NCBI GenBank assembly: GCA_963752255.1
Contig: CAVVXT010000019.1
Span: 160,001 to 224,000, forward strand
Length of the DNA: 64,000 bases
Reading direction: 5' to 3'
Source: Nitrososphaeria archaeon
Lineage (GTDB): Archaea; Thermoproteota; Nitrososphaeria; JACIWG01
Shown: positions 1 to 10,072 of the stretch, piece by piece
Position numbering within the stretch: the stretch's first letter is position 1
Layout of the letters: every line of letters starts with the position of its first letter
Translations under genes and position numbers: made by a program
Notes under the pieces: generated by a model
Told to the model about the DNA's origin: nothing
What the model saw: the letters and a program-made list of their open reading frames with translations, nothing else
The model's database searches: none

Positions 1-172
1 CGTGTAAAATCGCTCTTTTTATAGCCAAAGGGTCTGTTCCAATAACTTTAGGGTCTATTGTTAAACCTCCAACAGACTCGACTATAACATTTCCTTTAAC
101 AGCCTGGTTCAATAGCTCTTTAACACCTTCAGCAAGCCTTTTACTATGAGAAACAATGACTATGCCTACCAT
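1..172 (-). CDS. dhaM: PTS-dependent dihydroxyacetone kinase phosphotransferase subunit DhaM (EIIA-mannose fold), runs off the window edge
   Basis: Not in the ORF track. Manual translation from ATG at 172 gives MVGIVIVSHSKRLAEGVKELLNQAVKGNV...VIGTDPLAIKRAI, with the DhaM IVIVSHS phospho-His motif and GTD motif. Starts 3 bp after the dhaL stop. Confidence 0.88.
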   Translation of the reverse strand, partial: MVGIVIVSHSKRLAEGVKELLNQAVKGNVIVESVGGLTIDPKVIGTDPLAIKRAILH

Positions 173-175
173 GAA

Positions 176-832
176 TTATTCACCCTTCTCCCTTACGAAA
201 TCGTACATCACCTTAATTATCAGATAGGCACTTGTTGCTCCGGGATCTTGATGGCCAGCAGCTCTTTCACCCAGATAACTCGCTCTACCCTTCTTTGCTA
301 TCAATGGAATCGTAGACTTCAATCCCCGATCAGCTGCCATTAGAACTCTTTCGAGAACATTTACTAGACCGGCACAACTTATATCACGTGACTTGTTCAA
401 CTCCTGCACCGCAGGGTAGAGGGTATCTACCATAGTCTTGTCCCCTGGCATAGTGCCGCCTCCTATATCTTGGACAGCTTTCAGACCTTCTACGAAAATT
501 GCTGCAAGATCTGCATTATTTGCCTCTTTTTTATCTGATGCTGCTGATGCCATACCTGTAAACATCATGCCATACAATGGTCCTGCAGCACCACCCACCG
601 TTTCCATTAAAACGGTACCTGTTGTCATAAGAACATCTCCAATATCTGAATTCGGATCTGCCTTCTTAAGCTGTTCAACTACACTCTTAAACCCTCTATT
701 CATGTTAATACCGTGATCCGCGTCTCCGATAGCTGCATCCAAGTCTGTTAAATACTCCTCATTTTCGTTCATAACAAGGCTGACCCTACATATTATTTCA
801 ATAAAATCTGACGTTTTAAGAGTTCTCGTCAA
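176..832 (-). CDS. dhaL: Dihydroxyacetone kinase ADP-binding subunit DhaL
   Basis: Motifs LTDLDAAIGDADHGINMNRGF, GGAAGPLYG, GDKTMVD, GRASYLGER..GHQDPGA. Start placed at TTG 832 to avoid overlap with dhaK. Confidence 0.93.
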   Translation of the reverse strand: MTRTLKTSDFIEIICRVSLVMNENEEYLTDLDAAIGDADHGINMNRGFKSVVEQLKKADPNSDIGDVLMTTGTVLMETVGGAAGPLYGMMFTGMASAASDKKEANNADLAAIFVEGLKAVQDIGGGTMPGDKTMVDTLYPAVQELNKSRDISCAGLVNVLERVLMAADRGLKSTIPLIAKKGRASYLGERAAGHQDPGATSAYLIIKVMYDFVREKGE

Positions 833-863
833 ATCCACAGCACTTTTCAGAATGTGTCCTATT

Positions 864-1871
864 CTAGCAGATGACTGGACCCGGCGTGTTGATTGCAACC
901 GTTGCTGCGCGATCTCCAAGAAGGCTCTTCAATTCCTCGTCCAGTTTAAGCACTCCCACCCTTGCTCCCTGCATTTCAAGAGAGGACATGAATTCACCTA
1001 TCCAGCTAGCGTAAACAATCAATCCTAAGGAGTCAACATATTTCCTTACATCCCTGTAAAAGAGTAGTTTTTCCATATAAGGAGTGCCACCTGTTCCTTG
1101 AACCATCAAAGCTATCTTATCACCTCTAACTGTGCTCAGGTCTTCAACTACCTTGTCAACCATCATTTTTGCGAGCTCTTCAGAAGGAACCCATTTTGCT
1201 TTCTCTACACCCTTCTCACCATGTATTCCTATTCCGATTTCTATCTCATCTTCACCAAGTTCAAAGGTGTGCCTGCCTACAGCGGGAACACTACATGGGG
1301 TCAGAGCAACACCAAATTCGCGACCATTTTCTATTACTTTCTGTGATACCCGTTTCACATCTTCTAGATTTCCACCCTTCTCAGCTAAAGCGCCAGCTAT
1401 CTTGTGTACAAAAACGGTTACACCAGTGCCTCTCCTTTTCGATTTGTCTCGGATTGCAACATCATCGTTAACTATAACCCAGTCAACCATAATGCCTTGA
1501 GCCCTTGCCGACTTTGCTGCTGACTGGAAGTTCATAACGTCCCCCGAATAATTCTTTATGACTATCAGGATGCCGGCTTTAGTAGATACCTCCTTTATTC
1601 CAAAAATAATTTGTGGAATCGTCGGAGAAGTGAAGGTAGCGCCAGAACAGGCACAGTCAAGCATGCCGAATCCCACATAACCCGCGTGAGCTGGTTCATG
1701 TCCGCTGCCGCCTCCTGAAAGAAGAGCGACCTTATTGTCCGCTTTCTTATAGACCCTGTAGACGTTGTTCCATTTGGAATCTAATTTCACTACGTCAGGA
1801 AAGGCTAGCGCCAACCCCTCTAGCATTTCCCGGACTTCCTCCCCTGGTCTATTAATGAGCTTCTTTATCAC
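864..1871 (-). CDS. dhaK: Dihydroxyacetone kinase DHA-binding subunit DhaK
   Basis: Motifs KKLIN, SGGGSGHEPAHAGYVG, KNYSGDVMNF, GIGIHGEKG (catalytic His). Confidence 0.95.
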   Translation of the reverse strand: MIKKLINRPGEEVREMLEGLALAFPDVVKLDSKWNNVYRVYKKADNKVALLSGGGSGHEPAHAGYVGFGMLDCACSGATFTSPTIPQIIFGIKEVSTKAGILIVIKNYSGDVMNFQSAAKSARAQGIMVDWVIVNDDVAIRDKSKRRGTGVTVFVHKIAGALAEKGGNLEDVKRVSQKVIENGREFGVALTPCSVPAVGRHTFELGEDEIEIGIGIHGEKGVEKAKWVPSEELAKMMVDKVVEDLSTVRGDKIALMVQGTGGTPYMEKLLFYRDVRKYVDSLGLIVYASWIGEFMSSLEMQGARVGVLKLDEELKSLLGDRAATVAINTPGPVIC

Positions 1872-1969
1872 ATGTACAAGGTTTCATCATCTGACATATA
1901 TCCATTGTTTATGCGAAATTCTATCTAAATGGAAAGAATTCGATCTGTAACCTTCTAAAAAGGACCGTG

Positions 1970-3550
1970 TTATTGGAAGGATAAGAGCTTTTTAACTTCA
2001 ACCGTTGGCTCAGGCTGCACAATCGGCACTTCTCCTAGATAGACATTACCTGTACTTCCATCGACGGTGATCAGGTCGCCTTCCTTAACCTTGATTCCGT
2101 TGACTTCGAAGAAGCCTCTTTCCATATCGATTCTTATTTTATCACATCCTACGACACATGGCTTTCCAAACCCTCTTGCTATAACGGCTGCGTGACTTGT
2201 TAGCCCACCGACGACGGTCAGGAGCCCTTCAGAAGCAGCTACACCGGCTATGTCGTCCGGCCTTGTTTCCTGTCTCACTAGAACAACCTTAATGTCGGCT
2301 TCTTTCATTCTTATGGCATCGTTTAAGCCAAAGACTACTTTGCCGGATGCGACGCTAGGCGAAGCCGGAAGACCTTTGACCAAAGGCGTACCTTTAAAGC
2401 GTTGATCGATTTTCTTATAGAAAAGCTGCCTAACCTGTGAAATATCTATTCTTTCCAGCGCTTCCTTTTTAGTGATCAACCCCTCTTCAACCATATCTAC
2501 TAGAATCTTTATTGCAGCCATACTTGTTCTTTTACCTGTTCTACTTTGTAAGACAAAGAGCTTATCACTTTCAACAGTAAATTCTATTTCTTGCATATCT
2601 TTGAAGAATTTTTCTATCTTATAGGCGACTTGTATAATGTGCTCATACAACTTGGGCTTAGAATGCCTAAGTTCGTTTATTGGTTTCGGAGTTCTTAGCC
2701 CCGACACTATTTCTTCGCCTTGAGCTTCCGAAAGATATTCACCGTATATTTCTTTCAGCCCTGTTGACGGATTCCTTGAGAAAGCGACGCCTGTCAATGA
2801 TGACTCGTCAAAGTTTCCGTACACCATACTCATTACGATAACAGCTGTTCCTAAATCATCGTTAATCTTGTACATTCTTCTGTATGTTGAAGCACGCGGG
2901 TTCCACCATGAATCAAAAACTGCAGATATGGCTTGATAAAGCTGTTCATATGGATCTTCAGGCAGCTTTTTTCCGGTTACCTTTTCTACGAGCAATTTGT
3001 AAGATTCAGCGACATTGCTATAAAAACTTGGAGAAGAAACAGATATGTTCTTGACACCAAATGTTTCTTTAATGTCATTAAATGTGTGTGTGAAGTTCTC
3101 GTCTGGAACCTTCAAAACAGTTTTGCCGAAGCTTCTTATAAACGAGCCATAAATTTCATACGCAAACCTCTCATTTGAAGAATATTCTGCAAGCGCTTTA
3201 ACCACCATCTCGTTAACCCCTAAATTTAGAACGGTGTCCATCATTCCCGGCATAGAAAATGGAGCACCAGATCTCGCGGACACAAGTAACGGATTCTTGG
3301 AGCCTCCAAAACTTCGTCCACACTTCAGCTCTAGTTCCTTCATCTTCAAGAAAATCTTTTCCTTTAGCTCTATTGTAAGCTTCCTTTCATTAGCACAATA
3401 TCTTTTAAATGATTCCGTTGATACAATAAAACCGAGTGGAACAGGTAACCCCAACTTTGAAATTTCAACTAACATAAAACCCTTTCCCCCGATTTCAAAC
3501 TCCGTTAGGCCGTGAGCAGCTGCTTCGTCAAAAGAATAAACTAAGACCAT
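1970..3550 (-). CDS. Pyruvate,phosphate dikinase-like protein with ATP-grasp and phospho-His swivel domains only; the C-terminal PEP/pyruvate-binding barrel is absent
   Basis: PPDK motifs GGKG, PLLVSARSGA..SMPGMMDTVLNLG, GEYL..AQGE..VSG.RTP, EFTVE..KLFVLQSR.GKRT and GGLTSHAAVIARG. Stops at ...VKKLLSFQ* about 100 bp before dhaK. Likely start is ATG 3550. Confidence 0.9.
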   Translation of the reverse strand: MVLVYSFDEAAAHGLTEFEIGGKGFMLVEISKLGLPVPLGFIVSTESFKRYCANERKLTIELKEKIFLKMKELELKCGRSFGGSKNPLLVSARSGAPFSMPGMMDTVLNLGVNEMVVKALAEYSSNERFAYEIYGSFIRSFGKTVLKVPDENFTHTFNDIKETFGVKNISVSSPSFYSNVAESYKLLVEKVTGKKLPEDPYEQLYQAISAVFDSWWNPRASTYRRMYKINDDLGTAVIVMSMVYGNFDESSLTGVAFSRNPSTGLKEIYGEYLSEAQGEEIVSGLRTPKPINELRHSKPKLYEHIIQVAYKIEKFFKDMQEIEFTVESDKLFVLQSRTGKRTSMAAIKILVDMVEEGLITKKEALERIDISQVRQLFYKKIDQRFKGTPLVKGLPASPSVASGKVVFGLNDAIRMKEADIKVVLVRQETRPDDIAGVAASEGLLTVVGGLTSHAAVIARGFGKPCVVGCDKIRIDMERGFFEVNGIKVKEGDLITVDGSTGNVYLGEVPIVQPEPTVEVKKLLSFQ

Positions 3551-3629
3551 GAATACATACAAATAGTCTGAAATATTAAATCTTATTGGAAAAACATTTA
3601 ATAGACAAAGCTGCTTTTCCAAAACTTAT
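3551..3629. promoter_or_regulatory. Probable divergent promoter between the PPDK-like/dhaKLM unit and HPr
   Basis: Intergenic gap of about 80 bp. TATA-like TTTAAATA about 25 bp before the HPr ATG, and TTTAATAT on the minus strand about 25 bp before the PPDK-like ATG. Confidence 0.5.
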
Positions 3630-3896
3630 ATGATCAAAGGTGAAGTAACACTGTTGAACAGGACTGGGTTGCATGCCCGACCCGCTGCAAAGTTAGTTCA
3701 AATGACAAAGAAGTTCAGATCCAAAATAAGCATAATTAAGGGAGATCAAGAGGCTGACGCTAAGAGTGTAATCAGAATCCTCTCCCTTGGCGCAGAGCAA
3801 TGGGATAAGATCGTTATCAAAGCAGACGGAGAAGATGAAAAAGAAGCTTTTGAAGCGTTAATGACACTTATCAGCAATAAATTTTGGGAGGAGTAA
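3630..3896 (+). CDS. ptsH: PTS phosphocarrier protein HPr
   Basis: GLHARPAA (His15) and DAKS (Ser46) motifs; 88 aa. Confidence 0.95.
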   Translation: MIKGEVTLLNRTGLHARPAAKLVQMTKKFRSKISIIKGDQEADAKSVIRILSLGAEQWDKIVIKADGEDEKEAFEALMTLISNKFWEE

Positions 3897-4071
3897 CCGC
3901 ATCCTCTCTTTTAAAACCATGATATCAATAGGGTTTTTCAAAATGGGAATTAAAACATAAATCGAGAGAGAATTAACACCAAAAGCAGTGTAGATCCTAT
4001 TATATTGCTCATTAGATGATTTGTTGTTAAGGAGCCTTACTTAAGCTTAAGGATAAATAAGGACCTTTGAC

Positions 4072-4713
4072 ATGATACGATTGATGCACAAAGACGACCC
4101 CAGACCCTACATAGAAGAAAAGGGATTACATATAAAGCTGTACAAAAACCTTGTTAAAAAGAGACCTAAACTATGGAATGCACTACAAAAGAATCTGGGG
4201 GAACTGCTAGAGTATTATCAGGAAGACCCAGACAAGCTTATTTTACTTTACGAAAAAACCATATCAGACGACTTTCTAGACAGCCGCGAAAGCCCAGAAA
4301 AGTTTTGGATTTTTCTTGTTCTAAAATTTTCTATAAGTTACCTTAATGAGACAAAAAATGTCTTTAACTTCCATTATGATTCCGTCAAGAAATTTTATGA
4401 TAACGAAATTCCGGCTCTAATGAAAACTGACATCGAAATTGCTCAACTTTTAGATAATGAGCCGTACAGAAACCTTTTTCTTAACAGACTTTACTCTACG
4501 AGAAGGGATTTATATCTAAAACTGGATAGGCTCTTGAAAACATATGATAATTTCAAGGAAGTGTCTAAGAAAGATGAAGAATTAGAAGGTAAACTGAATA
4601 AGAAACTTTCAATTTTTAGATTTATCCACCCACTTAGATTTAACAGATTTATAAAAGAAATTGAAAATAACCAGCCAAGTTTAGAAAAATACATTCCTCT
4701 AGTTTATTCTTAA
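4072..4713 (+). CDS. Hypothetical protein
   Basis: 213 aa ORF in an AT-rich stretch; no recognised motif. Confidence 0.6.
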   Translation: MIRLMHKDDPRPYIEEKGLHIKLYKNLVKKRPKLWNALQKNLGELLEYYQEDPDKLILLYEKTISDDFLDSRESPEKFWIFLVLKFSISYLNETKNVFNFHYDSVKKFYDNEIPALMKTDIEIAQLLDNEPYRNLFLNRLYSTRRDLYLKLDRLLKTYDNFKEVSKKDEELEGKLNKKLSIFRFIHPLRFNRFIKEIENNQPSLEKYIPLVYS

Positions 4714-5185
4714 GCTTTCAGATTACATAAACATATTTCATTAAGTCAGCAGGAATTGTAATGACTGTATGGGAGTATTTATTGATTATAAGAAGCCATA
4801 AATAAGACTTTGTTCTCCAAAAAGTCCTTTAGAATTTTAATTCAGCTAAAGTTACAAGGTTCTAGTCTGATGATGAACCCTATAATTCGGTAACAGTCCC
4901 GAATTGACCCATGCTTGCGACCATTCTTTTCTTAAAAGCTTAAGCTTTACCGTCTGTATCTTAACACTTCACGTTCACTTTGAAGATTGGCCATCATGCC
5001 ACCGTTTTGGCACAATTGATATCAAGACCGAAGCTAAGATCACTAACAGTACTATGATTATCGAGATTAAAGTCGGGATCAAGAAGCCAAACTGTCCAGC
5101 TATAAGCTTCACACCGAAGAATATCAGTACCACTGAATTATGGAAATCCTTAATTCTGAATACATTTGCCCTTAGTAAATGAAAA

Positions 5186-7874
5186 ATGGAGAATTTCAGT
5201 AAACCACAGTGGCACACTCTTGAACCTGATGCCGTATTGCAGAATATTGGTAGCAATAGAGATGGTCTTAGCGAACAAGAAGTTAAAGGGAGAAGGGAAA
5301 AGTATGGAATAAACGAAATAAGAAGAGAGAAGAAGATTTCTCCATTGAAGCTCTTTATCGAACAATTCGAGAATATTCTGATCATCCTATTATTGGCAGC
5401 TACAGCATTTTCTCTTTTGGTCGGAGAAGTGCTGGATGCTGTAGTAATTTTCGCTATAGTTATAGCCTCAGCTGGCCTAGGATTCATAGAAGAATTTCGT
5501 TCTGAGAATGCAGTACAGCTTTTGAAACAACTTGCAGCGCCCACTGTTACACTGATAAGAGAAGGAAAAGAGCAAGTAGTCCCTTCCTCAGATATCGTTC
5601 CTGGAGACATAGTTGTACTGCGAGTGGGAGATAAGGTTCCTGCTGACATTAGGTTAATTGAAGTTTTCAATTTAAAGATAGATGAAGCACCTTTAACTGG
5701 AGAGTCTCTTCCGGTAGAAAAGAACGTAACGGTCCTACCAGAAAATACAGTTATCCCGGATATGACAAACATGTCTTTTAGTGGTACTGTTGTAACCTAT
5801 GGCAGAGGCTTAGGTGTTGTAGTTTCTACTGGGAATGAAAACAGAATTTGGAAAAATCGCTAAAACTGTGCAAGAAGAGCAAAAAACCGAGACTCCACTG
5901 GAGCGAAGAATGAATACAATCAGTAAGACGTTGATTTCTTTTATGTTGTGTGTTTGTGCTCTTGTTGCTTTCTTTGGAATAATAAGAGGCTATGCTATTT
6001 TAGATATGATTCTTTGGGGAATCAGTTTAGCTGTGGCAGCCGTACCTGAAGCGTTGCCCGCTGTTGTTACTGGTTCATTAGCGGTAGGTATGTACGAAAT
6101 GGCTAGGAGAAAAGCGATAATAAGAAGACTTCCTGCAGTTGAAACTTTGGGAGGAACCTCTATAATATGCTCAGATAAAACAGGTACAATGACAAAGGGT
6201 GAAATGACGGTCAGAAGGATGTATGTTGAAGATAAAGTTATTGAGGTTAGTGGCGCAGGTTACGAGCCCAAAGGAGCTTTTTATATCGATGGCCAGGAAA
6301 TCGATTCTAAAAAATCTGAGGGACTACTAAGACTTCTAAAAGCATCGGCATTATGCAATGACGCAAAACTCGCCAATGAAAAAGGCAAGTGGATGGTTAT
6401 TGGGGATACTACGGAAGGCGCACTACTAGTTGTTGCAGCCAAAGCTGGAATTTATGTGGAAAAGTTGAATCAAGGAAGAGTAAACGAGATACCTTTCACT
6501 TCGGAACGAAAGAGAATGACTACCATCCATGTTGTCCCAGAGTTCGATAAGAAACTTGTTTTGATGAAAGGGGCCCCTGAAGTTGTCCTTGAGAAATGTA
6601 GCCGTGTCTTTATGAACGGAAAATCCACTTTGCTGTCACAAGAGAAAAAGAAAGGAATTTTAGAAGTAAATGAGAAGATGGCTTCTGATGCACTACGAAA
6701 TCTTGCATTAGCATACAGAGAGGAGATAGACGTTCCTGATGATCTCGACGAAGAATTTGAGAGAAATTTCATATTCTTGGGTCTTGTCGGAATGATAGAC
6801 CCTCCACGCCCAGAAGTAAAAGAAGCACTCAAGCTTTGCGATAACGCTGGAATAAAGGTCGTGATGATAACAGGAGATCACAAGTTAACTGCAGTTGCAG
6901 TCGCTAAAGAACTGGGCATAGTCAAAGATGACAACAGTTTGATCCTAACAGGTGCTGAACTTGAGAGAATGCCAGAGGAAGATTTTGACAAGATTGTAGA
7001 AAATGTAAAGGTATACGCAAGAGTCTCTCCCGAACACAAAATGAGAATAGTCAAAGCTCTAAAGGAAAAAGGACACATCGTAGCCATGACAGGTGACGGG
7101 ATAAACGACGCGGCAGCTCTCAAGATGGCGGACATTGGTATTTCAATGGGAATTACTGGAACTGAAGTAACTAAAGAAACATCTGATATGATTCTAGCAG
7201 ACGACAACTTTGCAACTATCGTCAATGCCGTAAAAGAGGGAAGAAGAATATTCGACAACATCAAAAAGTATCTTGTATATCTCTTGCAATGCAACCTAGC
7301 AGAAATCGCTACAATGCTAGTCGCAACCCTCGCAGGCCTTCCAATACCTCTGACAGCGATACAATTACTCTGGGTGAATCTAACCACAGATGGCCTACCT
7401 GCTTTAGCATTAGGAATCGATCCAGCAGAATCCGATTTAATGGAAAGGAAGCCAAGGCCACTAAAAGAAAGTATAACAACTAAAAGGGAAAATTGGATAT
7501 ACTTCGTTATAGTTCCTGCAGTCCTAACATCGATACTCCTCATTAACTTTACTTGGTCGTTGGCCAACGAATCCATGGTGGAAGCTAGGACGCAGACATT
7601 CACAGTCATGATAGCATGCGAACTTGTAATAGCTCTATCTTGTCATTCAGCAAAGCATTTATTCTACAAATCTAAGCCATTTTCCAACAAATTCCTATGG
7701 ATTGCTGTAATAAGCTCTTTCCTAATGCAATTCTTTGTCCTTTATGTTCCCTTCATGCATGTACCTTTTGACATTACCTTCCCAAGCCTTCAGGATTGGA
7801 CACTTGCCGCAGTCTCAGCTACCATAATATTCTCTACTGTAGAAACACTAAAGTTCCAAATAAGGAAGAAATAG
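5186..7874 (+). CDS. P-type ATPase, type II (Ca2+-transporting-like), split by a 1-nt frameshift near 5831
   Basis: LTGES, AAVPEALP, CSDKTGT, KGAPE, MITGD and MTGDGINDA motifs. ORFs 5186-5863 and 5835-7874 join as ..STGMKTEFG.. if one G is removed. Confidence 0.92.
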
Positions 7875-7961
7875 AATACAATCACTTCCTTTTTAGAAAA
7901 TATTTAAAAAGATTCAGTGGAGTTGGAGACCTAATGCGCGGAGAAAGAAAACGGCAGTACT

Positions 7962-8324
7962 TTGTGTCATACTTATACTATTCATGATCGTTTTATTATT
8001 TCAGAATGTACTTTGTTACACCAACTCTTCACTTTGGAGCAAGAGTTTAGCCACTTATACACCTCAGAAGTACAGAATCTCCTCATATACTACTACTTTG
8101 ATGGATGGTCTGGCGATGCTGATTCACCTGATCAATCTTTAGTTGATAGGATGGTCAAACCGATAAATGTTCATTCAATCTGGAAAGAAATCGTCTATGG
8201 CAACGTTTTTCTTGCTGTTATACCAGTAATCGTTGCAGTTGGAATTCTATCTTGGTTTATTTTGAGAAAGAAGTTCAAGGGCCGTAATTCAAGAAAACTT
8301 GAAGGATCAGGTAGATTACAATAA
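7962..8324 (+). CDS. Hypothetical protein with a C-terminal transmembrane segment (possibly a fragment)
   Basis: Hydrophobic VFLAVIPVIVAVGILSWFIL followed by a basic tail; start uncertain. Confidence 0.35.
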   Translation: MCHTYTIHDRFIISECTLLHQLFTLEQEFSHLYTSEVQNLLIYYYFDGWSGDADSPDQSLVDRMVKPINVHSIWKEIVYGNVFLAVIPVIVAVGILSWFILRKKFKGRNSRKLEGSGRLQ

Positions 8325-8390
8325 ATTAGATTATATTACTAGGTTAGAAGCGTATGCGTTCAATATGTATAAGTCTGTGCCTAAAGCTTA

Positions 8391-8468
8391 TGGTGCTCCG
8401 GCCGGGATTTGAACCCGGGTCCATGACTCGAGAGGCCATTATACTTGACCGGTCTGTACTACCGGAGC
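8391..8468 (-). tRNA. tRNA-Glu(CTC), CCA encoded
   Basis: Reverse complement GCTCCGG...ATGGC-CTCTCGA-GTCAT...CCGGGTTCAAATCCCGG-CCGGAGC-ACCA folds as a cloverleaf; anticodon CTC. Confidence 0.95.
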
Positions 8469-8503
8469 ACATACTTAGCTTTCGCACTTTTATTTATGAG
8501 CTT

Positions 8504-8731
8504 TTAGATTTTAATAACATACTTTGATGCGAGCCTGATATCTTCTGCTTTTATCGTCTTTCTTCCCGCATGGTTTGAAAGCTCGACAGCGTGCTTTCCG
8601 ATTTCAATTCCAGCTTGGTTCAATACCTTTGCTAATTCTATTAAAGCGTCTTCGCCAGCTCTGTCAGCACCCGCCTTTTTTAGTATCCTATAGATAGGCG
8701 CTAACCCGAACTCAAATTCATCTGAAGTCAT
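8504..8731 (-). CDS. Archaeal histone
   Basis: FGLAPIYRILKKAGADR...AVELSNHAGRKTIKAEDIRLA, an HMf-type histone fold with the HAGRKT motif. Confidence 0.93.
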   Translation of the reverse strand: MTSDEFEFGLAPIYRILKKAGADRAGEDALIELAKVLNQAGIEIGKHAVELSNHAGRKTIKAEDIRLASKYVIKI

Positions 8732-8795
8732 GTAGTCTTCTTTCTTAAGCATGTATATAAAAATTTTAGTAGACCACCTTGATAGTTAAAGGCGC

Positions 8796-9563
8796 TTGCT
8801 AATTGATTCGCACGCGCATATTGTTGACGATGAATTAAAGCCTTTTTTAGACTGGATCCTTGGCACATGTCAGAGGAATCGCATCAAGATCTTTGCCAAC
8901 GGTACAGATATAAAATCCAGTATTGAGAATGTTAAACTTACTGAGAAATATCCTGATACTATTAGTGCTTTCGTTGGCATCCATCCATGGGAATCTCATA
9001 CCTTTGATGGAGCAGCGTTTAAGGAATTCGTGTCCGAGAACCTTGCAAAAGTGAGCGGAATAGGGGAAATCGGATTAGATGGAAAGTACATTGACAGCAT
9101 TCCTTTTGAACTACAAAAAAAAGTGTTCGAATACCAGTTGTCGATAGCTGAAGAATTTAAATTGCCTGTGTGCGTACATTCACGTAGGGCTCACGAAGAC
9201 GTACTAAATGAGCTGGAAACTTTTACATTAGATGGAGTTCTACTTCACTGGTTTAGTGGTAGTGATGAACAGATGCAAAGGGGTATTGATAAAGGGTACT
9301 TCTTTAGTTTTGGTCCCACCATTGTTTACAGCAAAGGTTCTCGAAAATTAATGAGTTCATGTTCGATAGACCGTATACTGTTTGAGACAGATTCGCCTGT
9401 CCACTATGATGCATGCTTTGAAAATCGCATCTCAACGCCCCTACTATTGGGAACAATATATTATACAGCATGCAAAATTTTAAACAAAAATTTAGAAGAA
9501 ACTTTAAATATTATCTCGGAGAACTCGCAGAACTACATAGGGAGAAGAATAATTTGGAGATGA
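8796..9563 (+). CDS. tatD: TatD family DNase
   Basis: IDSHAH, GIHPW, IGEIGLD, VHSR, LHWFSG and FETDSP motifs. Confidence 0.92.
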   Translation: MLIDSHAHIVDDELKPFLDWILGTCQRNRIKIFANGTDIKSSIENVKLTEKYPDTISAFVGIHPWESHTFDGAAFKEFVSENLAKVSGIGEIGLDGKYIDSIPFELQKKVFEYQLSIAEEFKLPVCVHSRRAHEDVLNELETFTLDGVLLHWFSGSDEQMQRGIDKGYFFSFGPTIVYSKGSRKLMSSCSIDRILFETDSPVHYDACFENRISTPLLLGTIYYTACKILNKNLEETLNIISENSQNYIGRRIIWR

Positions 9564-9569
9564 AACATT

Positions 9570-9785
9570 TTGGGACTTGTTAGAAACCTCTCACTGGATT
9601 TAATCCAGAAGCACAAAGAAGAGTTCACGTCAGATTTCGAACAAAATAAGAAGGTTATTGAGAAGTACATTAGCTTCAGGTCAAAGAGTTTAAGAAATAT
9701 GATAGCAGGATACATCACAGGTTACATCAACAAAAACGCTGAAGTCGCTGAGAGCGAAGAGAAAGAAGATCAGACAGCAGAATAA
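9570..9785 (+). CDS. rps17e: 30S ribosomal protein S17e
   Basis: FTSDFEQNKK...SKSLRNMIAGYIT motif. Confidence 0.92.
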   Translation: MGLVRNLSLDLIQKHKEEFTSDFEQNKKVIEKYISFRSKSLRNMIAGYITGYINKNAEVAESEEKEDQTAE

Positions 9786-9817
9786 TATCTGTGTCAAATT
9801 TTGGTGGTCTTTGAATC

Positions 9818-10072
9818 ATGAAAGTTGTTTTCGTAGGCCATCTGAAGAATCTTTTTGGCAGGGAAGATGTTAAATTAGATAAAAACTTTGGAGATATTTC
9901 CGAGCTTTTAGTTCATTTGAGCAATATAAGAGAAGACGAGAAGGTTTCGATAAACAGGCAAAACACATTATTTTTTGTTAACGGTACAGAGATATCTGCT
10001 CTTGAAAATCTTGGAACAAAGCTCAAGGGTAACGATATTATAACCCTAGTTCCAATAACACATGGCGGCTAG
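9818..10072 (+). CDS. MoaD/ThiS/SAMP ubiquitin-like protein
   Basis: 84 aa beta-grasp pattern (FVNG.EI...L..ND.ITLVP) ending in a C-terminal di-Gly (HGG*). Confidence 0.88.
   Translation: MKVVFVGHLKNLFGREDVKLDKNFGDISELLVHLSNIREDEKVSINRQNTLFFVNGTEISALENLGTKLKGNDIITLVPITHGG

Noticed and set aside
1872-1969. Possibility that the PPDK truncation is just another sequencing frameshift
   Set aside because: Only about 100 bp lie between the stop and dhaK, with further stops and no PEP-binding-domain sequence; a domain of roughly 340 aa cannot fit.
4865-4925. TGATGA as the C box of a C/D sRNA (a similar weak case occurs near 60405-60432)
   Set aside because: No properly spaced D'/C'/D boxes could be identified.
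4975-7609. Long antisense ORFs (4975-5772, 6470-6832, 6878-7609), and similar ones such as 42308-42865 and 60671-61309
   Set aside because: Shadow frames opposite well-supported genes, with no motifs of their own.
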